Notes under the pieces: model-generated
The model's database searches: none
Seen by the model: the letters and a program-made list of their open reading frames with translations, nothing else
What the model was told of the DNA's origin: nothing
Translations under genes and position numbers: made by a program
Part shown: positions 38,124 through 46,432 of the stretch, in pieces
Layout of the letters: every line of letters begins with the position of its first letter
How positions within the stretch are numbered: position 1 is the first letter of the stretch
Source: Candidatus Campbellbacteria bacterium
GTDB lineage: Bacteria > Patescibacteriota > Minisyncoccia > Phycocordibacterales > EsbW-18
Reading direction: 5' to 3'
Length of the DNA: 64,000 nucleotides
Assembly (NCBI GenBank): GCA_045863475.1
Contig: BTUR01000001.1
Span: 184,978 to 248,977, forward strand

Positions 38124-38390
38124 ATGTTCCTGTACATCCTGATTGCCGTCGGAGCGTACATACTGCTGGGGGGCATCTACGTGTGGTCCCTCAGGAAGAT
38201 CTACGCACGGAGGCCGGCCTGGGAACCAAGATCTGACGACACCTGGTTCATGAGAGTATTTCTCGAACCGGATGTCCGTGCCGGTCTCTGCTGGCCGATA
38301 CCCGTAGTGGCGATGACGGTGACGGCCGTAATCGTGGTCGTTGTAACCTCGATTGCCGCGGTGCTCAACGGCTTCAAGTTCACCAACTAG
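38124..38390 (+). CDS. hypothetical small membrane protein
   Basis: MFLYILIAVGAYILLGGIYVW plus a second TM segment; high GC. Confidence 0.35.
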   Translation: MFLYILIAVGAYILLGGIYVWSLRKIYARRPAWEPRSDDTWFMRVFLEPDVRAGLCWPIPVVAMTVTAVIVVVVTSIAAVLNGFKFTN

Positions 38391-38439
38391 CAATCCCAGC
38401 CCGCCCGCACAAAAATTTCTGTGTGCGGGCGTAGTACTT

Positions 38440-38660
38440 GCAAAAACTCTAACACGTGCTATAGTTGCATCGGCTCGACGAAGTAACTTCCGAAGGTTTC
38501 CGCTCTCTGGGGCACCTCGCCAGAGACCCTTGTAGCTGTGCACGGACAGGGGCTCACACAAAAACGGCCCTGGAGTATGCCGAGAAACTGGGTGAAAACA
38601 TCGAGCCATGGGGTGCCCACAAGCACCCCATCATTTTGTAAAAAGCATTAGGAGCAGGTA
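38440..38660 (+). promoter_or_regulatory. putative promoter plus a roughly 170-nt structured leader/attenuator upstream of rpsO (candidate S15 autoregulatory leader or independent small RNA)
   Basis: TTGCAA, a 16-nt spacer, TATAGT at about 38441-38468. GGCTCGACG at about 38470 pairs with CATCGAGCC at about 38605. Terminator-like ATGGGGTGCCCACAAGCACCCCAT followed by CATTTTGT at 38609-38640. Confidence 0.4.
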
Positions 38661-38673
38661 TACTCTTTGCATC

Positions 38674-38937
38674 ATGGCATTAACAAAGAAGAAAAAGGTA
38701 CGTGTTATCAAGGAAACCGCGCGTCACGACAGTGACACCGGCTCTCCTGAAGTACAGATTGCGCTTTTGAATAAGCGCATTGACGAACTTGCGAAGCATC
38801 TCAAAGGCAACCGCAAAGACAAGCACTCCCGACGCGGACTGCTCGGTTTGGTCGCACAACGACGCTCACATCTCAACTACCTGAAAAAAAAGAGCCCAGC
38901 AAAATACGCTGAGCTTCTCAAGCAGATTAAGGAGTAG
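38674..38937 (+). CDS. rpsO: 30S ribosomal protein S15
   Basis: MALTKKKKVRVIKETARHDSDTGSPEVQIALLNKRIDELAKHLKGNRKDKHSRRGLLGLVAQRRSHLNYL. Confidence 0.9.
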   Translation: MALTKKKKVRVIKETARHDSDTGSPEVQIALLNKRIDELAKHLKGNRKDKHSRRGLLGLVAQRRSHLNYLKKKSPAKYAELLKQIKE

Positions 38938-38954
38938 CAACTCCTACAATTATT

Positions 38955-39569
38955 ATGTCTATCATCAAACAAAAGGCACAACGCGTTGCCGTTTTTATTG
39001 ACGCGCAAAACATCTATCACAGCGCACGCAACCTCTACAATGCGCGTGCAAACTTCGGCCAAATCGTTGACGACGCGGTTGACGGCCGTCCGCTCATACG
39101 CTCTATCGCGTATGTCATCTCCACTGAAGAGGGGAGTGAAAAAACATTTTTCGAAGCACTTGAAAAAGCCGGCATTGAAACAAAAACAAAAGACCTCCAA
39201 ATTTTTGCCGGCGGTCAGAAGAAAGCCGACTGGGACGTCGGACTCGCAATTGATGCGGTAAAGCTCGCGCCCAAACTCGACGGAGTTATTTTGGTCTCCG
39301 GTGACGGCGACTTCATTCCGCTCGTGAAATATCTCCAGGTCAACGAAGGGTGTCAGGTGGAGGTTGTCTCATTCGGACGCTCAACATCCGCAAAGCTTAT
39401 TGAAGCCGCGGACCACTTCACCGATCTCGACGAGAATCCCCGCAAATATCTTTTGGGATACCGTGGCGGCAAAATACAACGACGCGAGCAAGGAGCCGCA
39501 CCGCGCGAACAGCAGAAAAACGAACCGTCTTCAAACGGTCCGAAAACTGTCCGCCGACGCTTGGACTAA
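38955..39569 (+). CDS. NYN-domain (LabA-like, PIN-related) predicted ribonuclease
   Basis: VAVFIDAQNIYHSA...DVGLAIDAVKLAPKLDGVILVSGDGDFIPLV shows the NYN acidic motifs; it lies between rpsO and pnp. Confidence 0.65.
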   Translation: MSIIKQKAQRVAVFIDAQNIYHSARNLYNARANFGQIVDDAVDGRPLIRSIAYVISTEEGSEKTFFEALEKAGIETKTKDLQIFAGGQKKADWDVGLAIDAVKLAPKLDGVILVSGDGDFIPLVKYLQVNEGCQVEVVSFGRSTSAKLIEAADHFTDLDENPRKYLLGYRGGKIQRREQGAAPREQQKNEPSSNGPKTVRRRLD

Positions 39570-39708
39570 CAACACGAACATAAAAACCTCCCGCATCTCG
39601 GGAGGTTTTTTATATCAGAACAGAAGATGTTGACTAAACCAATAAAATTGTTATAATACTCTCAGATGCTAATCACTGACGTCTCTGCTTTCCCACAAGG
39701 AGAACGCG

Positions 39709-40266
39709 ATGTTGGAGTGGATCATGCAAGTCGCACAGAGTCATCCGTTCATCGTGATGCCCATCGTGCTGTTCGCCGCGGCCGTCGTAGTGCTGGTGCT
39801 CATCGCCTTCGGCTACGACCTCACCCGTCCCTACCGGGATCGGAAGAAGGGGGAGAGTATCCCCTACAAGAAGGCGGTCGTCGCACTCTTCGCCCTCAGC
39901 ATCCTCTCGGGGTGTGCCAAAGAGATGACCGCGGAAGAGCGCGCGTTCGTCGCATCCATGGAAGACCGCATCGTGGCCGCTCAACCAGACACGATGATTC
40001 TGACCTGGAACAACAACCTCGGACGAATCGTTCGGGTGGAAGTTCTCGGGGAGAAAGATGAGCGGTCAAGGATGCAAGTGCACGTCGAGTGGCCGGATGG
40101 CACCCACACGTGGTACGCCCCTCGTGCTCTCGCCCGAACCACCAAGCGAATCGCTGACGGTAGCAGCAGCACGGAGATGACGGGCGTCCTCTTGGAGTGG
40201 TGGTTGCAGAGCTCGCTCCAACGAGATACCCCGCAGCCGCCGGCTCGATCCGGCCCGACACCGTAA
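39709..40266 (+). CDS. hypothetical membrane-anchored protein
   Basis: 185-aa ORF with two N-terminal TM helices; high GC. Confidence 0.4.
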   Translation: MLEWIMQVAQSHPFIVMPIVLFAAAVVVLVLIAFGYDLTRPYRDRKKGESIPYKKAVVALFALSILSGCAKEMTAEERAFVASMEDRIVAAQPDTMILTWNNNLGRIVRVEVLGEKDERSRMQVHVEWPDGTHTWYAPRALARTTKRIADGSSSTEMTGVLLEWWLQSSLQRDTPQPPARSGPTP

Positions 40267-40432
40267 CCCAGCCCCGCCCGTCTTGGCACAAAGCCAGACG
40301 AGGCGGGGCTTCTTCATTTCTCGGGTGCGCGGTGCTACAGTACAAGCGTTACTAGTAGCGTCTTTAGCCCTCAGATGGCTAGGTTTGAAGTCTCTTCAAA
40401 TCTAAGATCTGGGGACTAGGCATCAGTCCCAC

Positions 40433-42661
40433 ATGCAGAAAAAAATTTTTACTACGGAAGTAGGCGGCAAAACACTGACCGCCGAGTTCAACGACCTTGC
40501 AATGCAGGCAAACGGCTCGTGCTTGGTCTCGTACGGCAACACAACCGTCTTGGCAACCGCCGTCATGGGCTCTCAGGAGCGCGAGGGATTGGATTACTTT
40601 CCGCTCACCGTTGATTACGAAGAAAAATTCTACGCCGCAGGAGCGATTTTGGGCAGTAAGTACGTGCGCCGCGAAGGCAGACCGTCTGACGAAGCAATTC
40701 TCTCGGGCCGCGCCGTTGACCGCACCGTACGACCGCTCTTTGATGCACGCCTTCGCGTTGAAGTGCAGGTCGTCATCACCATACTTTCAATCGGCGAAGA
40801 TGACCCGGATGTCGTCTCCGTGCTTGCCGCATCACTGGCACTCGCAACATCCGACATTCCGTGGGCAGGACCGGTGGGCGCCGTTCGTCTCGGCCTCGAC
40901 ACGCAGAAAAACTGGATCGTAAACCCGACGTACGACACGCGCGAGACAAACGTGATGGATATTCTGGTGTGCGGACAAAACGGACTGATCAACATGATTG
41001 AAACCGGCGCGCTCCAAATCCCGGAAGAAACAATTATTGAGGCGCTCACGAAGGCCTCTGCCGAAATCACCGCGCTTGAAGCATTCCAAAACAAGGTCAT
41101 CAAAGAAATCGGAAAAGAAAAGAAAGTGTTTTCATTCCCGGAACTCTCAACAGAAGCACGCGACCTCTTTGCAAAAGAAATCGAACCGAAGCTTGCAAGC
41201 GCGGTGTTCACCGGCATCTCCGGAGGCGAAGCAACCGGCGAGTTGCACACAACGTGGAAAACACTTCTCAAAGAGCAGTTGCCTGATGAAAACCGCGGTT
41301 TGGCAGATCTGTACTTCGAAGAGAAAGTTGAAAGCGCATTTGACGAAGGTGTGCTCGAAGGCCGCCGCCCCGACGGCCGTGACTTCGATGAGGTGCGTGC
41401 CATTTACGCGCAAGCAGGCGGTGTAGCACCAATGCTCCACGGTGCCGGCATCTTCTACCGCGGCGAGACACACATCTTTGCCGCACTCACGCTCGGCGGT
41501 CCCGACGACATTCAGGAACTGGAAGGTATGGAGGTACAGCGCAAAAAACATTTCATGCTCCACTACAACTTCCCGCCGTACTCAACAGGGGAGACGGGAC
41601 GCATGGGTGGCACCAACCGCCGCATGATTGGTCACGGCGCACTTGCTGAAAAAGCACTTCTGGCTGTTATCCCGCCGAAGGAGTTGTTCCCGTACACCAT
41701 TCGTTTGGTTTCGGAAGTTATGTCGTCCAACGGCAGCTCATCAATGGGTTCCGTCTGTGGCGGCACCTTGGCCTTGCTCGACGGTGGTGTTCCGATTGCA
41801 TCCCCGGTTGCAGGTATCGCGATGGGTGTCGTTATCGGAGAGAACAACGCGTACAAAGTGCTCACCGACATCCAGGGACCTGAGGATCACTACGGCGACA
41901 TGGACTTCAAAGTTGCAGGAACGCGCGACGGCGTCACCGCAATGCAAATGGACGTGAAAGTTGCCGGTGTTCCGCTCTCGGTATTCCCGGAAGCGTTTGA
42001 GAAAGCGAAGCGTGCGCGCCTGCACATTCTTGAGAAAATCACCGAAGCAATTCCTGAGGCACGCGCCGACATCTCACCGCTTGCACCGAAGATTCTCGTG
42101 ACGAAGATTAAGAAAGACCAGATTGGGCTCGTCATCGGCGGCGGCGGCAAGACCGTCAACCAAATCCGCGACCTCACCGGCGCTGAAATCTCCATTGAAG
42201 AAGACGGTACGGTCTTCGTCACCGGCAAAAACGGCGCGGCAGAGAAGGCGCTCAAGATTATTGAAGCTATCACGCGCGAATTCCACGCAGGCGAGACATT
42301 CCAGGGAGAGGTAACGCGCATCGCCGAGTTCGGTGCATTCGTGCGCCTCGGTGAAGACACGGGCATCTCAGGTATGAAAGGAACGGAAGGGTTGGTGCAC
42401 ATCTCGGAGATTGCACCGTTCCGCATCGGAAACGTAGAAGATGTTTTGAAAGAAGGTGAAATCGTTCCCGTCGTCATCAAAGAGATGGGGGAGGAAGGGC
42501 GCATTCGACTCTCCATCAAAGATATCGACCCTGAATTCGCATCGCGCAAGGGAGTTGCACCGTTTGAAGGCCCGCTTCCGCAAAACGACCACCCGCGCAG
42601 ATCCGGTAGCAGTGACCGGCCACGACGATTCGGCGGAGGCCACGGCGGCCCGCGACACTAA
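40433..42661 (+). CDS. pnp: polyribonucleotide nucleotidyltransferase (PNPase)
   Basis: Two RNase PH domains, a KH domain (IGLVIGGGGKTVNQIRDLTGAEI), an S1 domain, and a Gly/Arg-rich tail. Confidence 0.95.
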   Translation: MQKKIFTTEVGGKTLTAEFNDLAMQANGSCLVSYGNTTVLATAVMGSQEREGLDYFPLTVDYEEKFYAAGAILGSKYVRREGRPSDEAILSGRAVDRTVRPLFDARLRVEVQVVITILSIGEDDPDVVSVLAASLALATSDIPWAGPVGAVRLGLDTQKNWIVNPTYDTRETNVMDILVCGQNGLINMIETGALQIPEETIIEALTKASAEITALEAFQNKVIKEIGKEKKVFSFPELSTEARDLFAKEIEPKLASAVFTGISGGEATGELHTTWKTLLKEQLPDENRGLADLYFEEKVESAFDEGVLEGRRPDGRDFDEVRAIYAQAGGVAPMLHGAGIFYRGETHIFAALTLGGPDDIQELEGMEVQRKKHFMLHYNFPPYSTGETGRMGGTNRRMIGHGALAEKALLAVIPPKELFPYTIRLVSEVMSSNGSSSMGSVCGGTLALLDGGVPIASPVAGIAMGVVIGENNAYKVLTDIQGPEDHYGDMDFKVAGTRDGVTAMQMDVKVAGVPLSVFPEAFEKAKRARLHILEKITEAIPEARADISPLAPKILVTKIKKDQIGLVIGGGGKTVNQIRDLTGAEISIEEDGTVFVTGKNGAAEKALKIIEAITREFHAGETFQGEVTRIAEFGAFVRLGEDTGISGMKGTEGLVHISEIAPFRIGNVEDVLKEGEIVPVVIKEMGEEGRIRLSIKDIDPEFASRKGVAPFEGPLPQNDHPRRSGSSDRPRRFGGGHGGPRH

Positions 42662-42813
42662 TAAATCAGGCATCGTTACTTAACCCAACTACCCGCCGTG
42701 CGCGGGTAGTTTTGTATATTGACAAATGTTATTTATATGCTATTCTGTTCACTAGCAAGTTCGTTGTTGGGGCTTGCCAACACATACACGGCCCTAGGCC
42801 GAAGGAGAAGACA

Positions 42814-43143
42814 GTGAACAATCCGAAAGAGATGTTTCCTGTGTTGGAGGCAGAAATCACGCACGTCGTGGAACCAACCAAGGTCCCCGCCAGCAGTGTG
42901 ATCAGATTCTGCGTGTTCGATGTCGGCCACTACGACGTTTCGAACCCGTTGTTCAAAGAAGGATCCCCAGAGTTCGGTGGAAAGAGGATGACCGGCAGCG
43001 AGCTGATGGAGATGCTCCTTCGGAACGACTGGGTTCTTCTCTCCCTCTGCTGGATCCGAAAGGACGGACACACGAACTACGGTCACGAGCCCACTGTCAA
43101 CCACGAGCTCGTGGCCACAATGGCGAAGATCAAGGCCAGCTAG
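42814..43143 (+). CDS. hypothetical protein
   Basis: GTG start 6 nt after GAAGGAG; high GC; followed by a terminator at 43160-43200 and a perfect 18-bp hairpin at 43218-43262. Confidence 0.3.
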   Translation: MNNPKEMFPVLEAEITHVVEPTKVPASSVIRFCVFDVGHYDVSNPLFKEGSPEFGGKRMTGSELMEMLLRNDWVLLSLCWIRKDGHTNYGHEPTVNHELVATMAKIKAS

Positions 43144-43217
43144 CCATCCGCATCACCGCCCGAAGAAAGCCGCTGCTTTCTGAGGGCGGTTTTCTTTTTC
43201 ATACAACTCATCCACTA

Positions 43218-43262
43218 CTGATATCGAACCAAAACTACTCTCAAGTTCTTAAGAACTTGAGA
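43218..43262. terminator. perfect 18-bp inverted repeat hairpin
   Basis: AAAACTACTCTCAAGTTC-tta-GAACTTGAGAGTAGTTTT, followed by TTTCATCC. Confidence 0.5.
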
Positions 43263-43328
43263 GTAGTTTTTTCATCCACTAACTTTTTTGTCGCAACATT
43301 TTTTATCCGCTATGCTGTACCTATGAGT

Positions 43329-43446
43329 CCCGTTAGAAGCCACGGTCGTAACAAACGGGAATCGAAAACTTTGATGAAATACTATTACGCAAAAGTAATC
43401 ACACAGGTTTACTGGCGGTCGTTGACCGCGACCTGCTTCTAACGGG
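43329..43446 (+). promoter_or_regulatory. conserved cis-regulatory element, copy A; ends exactly at an ATG
   Basis: CCCGTTAGAAGCCACGGTCG...core TTGATGAAATACTATTACGCAAAAGTAATCACACAGG...CGACCGCGACCTGCTTCTAACGGG|ATG. The 20-bp termini are inverted repeats. Copy B lies at 59760-59878. Confidence 0.55.
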
Positions 43447-45084
43447 ATGAGCGATACACCACTTCCGGGGTACAGCGGCATGCCGCCGGAGCCGTCACCA
43501 AAAGACGGCTCGGTTCCGCCGAGTACGGCTCCACAACTGGCACCGACGTTTGGTCTCCCGCCAGAGACACCGATTATGCCGGGAACTGTTGACCATCACA
43601 TTGAGCCGTCCGCACCCGTGCAACCGACCCCAGCTGCGGCGCCCGCTTCTGAACCCTTGCAGTCAAAACCGCAACCAATCCCTGGCGTCATCATGCCGCA
43701 ACACACCACACCCCAAACACCGACGCCTGCACCAGCAGCAACTCCTGCTCCCACACCCGCGGCTCCAACCGTTCCCAAAATTCCGCTAGTAGCCATCCCG
43801 CAACAAAAACCACCCGCCAGAACGAGCATGTATGACGCGGACGTCCGTGGTGTCGCGGGCGCTTCACCGAAAGATTACGGCATCGTCGGCCCTACCAACC
43901 GCACGAGTACACCTCCATCGCGACCCCAAACAATCCCGCAGGAACCTGCCCGTCTCTCGGCACAAGACGCGCTGTATCAAAGCGCTCTGGGAAAACCGCT
44001 TGAAGGTCCCGTCATTCCTTCCACACGGCCGCAACTCCCGCCGACACCTCCGTCTCCGGTTGCAATGTCCCCGGTTCCCGCACCGACACCTGCAGAAACG
44101 GCAAACGAAATGGCACGGCGCACCGCCATTCGCACACTTGAAGGCGACGTCGCATCAACCATCGCAAAGAATCAACTCACCGTCGGCGGCATTGCACTCG
44201 CACAACAAAAAAAGATGGCGGAAGAAGCCATCAGCAGCGTTTCGGAAGAAAAGAAATTCTCGTGGTGGGCAGTGTCCGGTATCATCCTTGCACTCTTAGG
44301 TGCGGGTATCGTCACCGTTGCATACCTCATGCAACTTAACGCACCGGAACCGAATGAACCGGTGCTCACAACGCAAGACGCGCTCATTCCCGCCGTGCCC
44401 GAAGCGACACTCGACATCACCGACATGACGCGCACGTCCATCCTGCGCGCACTCTCTGAACTCTCCGGACAATACGCATCGCGTCCGGGTATCTCACTGG
44501 TACGTCTCATCTCATACCGCGAAGAAATTGTTGAATCAGAAACCGTGCGCGTGCAGGCGGATGTATCCGCAGAACAATTCTTCACGCAAATCTCCGCACA
44601 TGCACCGAGCCGGCTTATCCGCGCACTCGGAAAACAAACCTACTTCGGCATCACAACCGTTGAAGGGCGCGCGCTGCCGTTCCTCGCGTTTGAAACGACC
44701 TCATACGACTCGTCATTTGCGGGCATGCTTGAATGGGAGCAGTTCCTTCTCGCCGATTTGCCGTTTCTCGCGTACACACCGGCACTCATTCCCACACCGG
44801 AGCCGACAACAAGCACGACAACGGCAACAAGCACACCGGTCTCGACAACGACACCAGCAACGACAACGCCCGCCGCACCGAGTACGGGAGTTCCTGTCGT
44901 GGAGATTCCCGTATTCGTTGACATCGTCGTAAAAAATCACGACGCGCGCGCGGTGAAGAATCAGGACGGTTCCGTAAGATTCCTCTACGCATTCCCGACA
45001 CCGACATTCCTACTTATCGCGCAGAATGAGGTCGTACTCGGAGCCCTCATCGACCACCTCAACACGGCGCGATTTACCCGGTAG
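43447..45084 (+). CDS. Pro/Thr-rich membrane protein (N-terminal proline-rich region, one TM helix, C-terminal globular domain)
   Basis: 545 aa; about 250 aa of P/T/A-rich low complexity; TM segment WWAVSGIILALLGAGIVTVAYLM; C-terminal domain of unknown function. Confidence 0.5.
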   Translation: MSDTPLPGYSGMPPEPSPKDGSVPPSTAPQLAPTFGLPPETPIMPGTVDHHIEPSAPVQPTPAAAPASEPLQSKPQPIPGVIMPQHTTPQTPTPAPAATPAPTPAAPTVPKIPLVAIPQQKPPARTSMYDADVRGVAGASPKDYGIVGPTNRTSTPPSRPQTIPQEPARLSAQDALYQSALGKPLEGPVIPSTRPQLPPTPPSPVAMSPVPAPTPAETANEMARRTAIRTLEGDVASTIAKNQLTVGGIALAQQKKMAEEAISSVSEEKKFSWWAVSGIILALLGAGIVTVAYLMQLNAPEPNEPVLTTQDALIPAVPEATLDITDMTRTSILRALSELSGQYASRPGISLVRLISYREEIVESETVRVQADVSAEQFFTQISAHAPSRLIRALGKQTYFGITTVEGRALPFLAFETTSYDSSFAGMLEWEQFLLADLPFLAYTPALIPTPEPTTSTTTATSTPVSTTTPATTTPAAPSTGVPVVEIPVFVDIVVKNHDARAVKNQDGSVRFLYAFPTPTFLLIAQNEVVLGALIDHLNTARFTR

Positions 45085-45178
45085 ATTTTTTAGAAAAACC
45101 TGGTACACCCCGTGAGATAGTGAACGAATGTTGCGCGTATATTGAAATTATGTATCTCATGGGGTACACTCACGTGGT

Positions 45179-45541
45179 ATGAAACACCTCACACCCGAAC
45201 AAATTGCGTCGTTTAAGCAGAAATTGCTTGACGAAAAAGCCCGCCTGGAGGCGGAACTTTCAGACGTCGGCGTTAAAAACCCCGACCGTGCGGACGACTG
45301 GAACGCAGTCGTTGATGAAGGAAAAGACGTATCAACGGCGGACAAAAACGAACTCGCTGATGCCTTTGAAGACCTCGAAGAGAATAACGCGATTGTCTCT
45401 GAGCTTGAGACCCAGTACCGCGATGTTACTGCGGCACTTGCACGCATGGAAGAGGGAACGTACGGTATGGACGAAAAGACCGGTGAACCGATTCCTGTTG
45501 AGCGCCTAGAGGCAAACCCGGCCGCGCGAGAAAATATCTAA
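45179..45541 (+). CDS. DksA/TraR-like protein lacking the C4 zinc finger
   Basis: Coiled-coil N-terminus FKQKLLDEKARLEAEL; C-terminus GTYGMDEKTGEPIPVERLEANPAARENI resembles the DksA C-terminus without cysteines. Confidence 0.45.
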   Translation: MKHLTPEQIASFKQKLLDEKARLEAELSDVGVKNPDRADDWNAVVDEGKDVSTADKNELADAFEDLEENNAIVSELETQYRDVTAALARMEEGTYGMDEKTGEPIPVERLEANPAARENI

Positions 45542-45599
45542 CTACTACAACACCGTCCCGGCCAAGCCGGGACGGTGTTTTTGTTTTGGAAATAAAAAA

Positions 45600-45850
45600 A
45601 CGCGCCGTACTAGGGGAGGCCTAGCACGGCGTATACCTACACTCTCGATACGAAGCAGGGGGGACAGCGGATGTCTGTGCCGCCGCGGACGAGCTCGTCC
45701 GCATGCGGGCAACAGGCGGGCACTGCGCAAGGGAAGTGAAGACGATGAGAGCGATGCTCGCCCATCGCTCGTACCACGATCCTTGGCGTGCTCAACACGC
45801 GCACATCACACCTCCGCAGCCCACGCTCCGTATCGAGAGCAAACCTAATC
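45600..45850. other. GC-rich structured convergent intergenic region (candidate ncRNA)
   Basis: CTCTCGATACG (about 45640) pairs with CGTATCGAGAG (about 45828), enclosing about 190 nt rich in palindromes (GGACGAGCTCGTCC, CGCATGCG). No convincing ORF. Confidence 0.25.
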
Positions 45851-45936
45851 TGCTTGAGAGTTTATCACGTTTATAAATAAAGTCAAATTGAAAACCGCCC
45901 CGGCGTACCGGGACGGCTGTAAGGCAAAGGAGTAGT

Positions 45937-46353
45937 TCAGAAACCACGCCTCGCAGGGCGCGGATTCTGTCGGTCCCTTTGCTTCATGAGCCGATAGAGC
46001 TGGTGCGGAGCCTCGAATGACTGCCAGACATTGACGCCCGGTACGCCGCGCGTTTGGGCAAGCTCCTCGCGATCAGAAGTCATGAGACAAATTGGCACAT
46101 CGGCACGGTCAGCCAGGGAACGAAACTCCTGAGAAAGCGCCGAGATGATGAGCCCAGCCATGCCACGTACCCCGGGAACATTAGGATAGTCCGCCACAAG
46201 AATGGCAATGAGCCCCTTTTGGGATCGCGCGATTTGAATCCCCTCGAACTCGTGTCCGGTCTCTACAACTTCAACGTCGGGAAAAAGTTCCCGAAGTCGC
46301 CTGACAACATGCTCCCTCGAGGAATCAACCTGGTCAATGACAAGAATTTTCAC
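45937..46353 (-). CDS. single-domain response-regulator receiver (CheY-like) protein
   Basis: MKILVIDQVDSS...ILVADYP...ICLMTSD. Confidence 0.5.
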   Translation of the reverse strand: MKILVIDQVDSSREHVVRRLRELFPDVEVVETGHEFEGIQIARSQKGLIAILVADYPNVPGVRGMAGLIISALSQEFRSLADRADVPICLMTSDREELAQTRGVPGVNVWQSFEAPHQLYRLMKQRDRQNPRPARRGF

Positions 46354-46432
46354 TTGAAGCTCCTTTCTGTTCTGCGAGCACCTTACCTGTCGCCCTCACC
46401 GGTGTCAATTTATTTTTCTTTGATGTTGTGGT

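Noticed and set aside
43257-43481. Small ORFs 43257-43442 (+) and 43272-43481 (-) and 59794-60027 (-), which share the peptide IPLEAGRG...CVI.F
   Set aside because: The shared peptide arises because both ORFs read through the conserved cis-element (copies A and B) in the same frame. The DNA-level conservation, with inverted-repeat termini ending at the ATG, explains it better than a coding gene.
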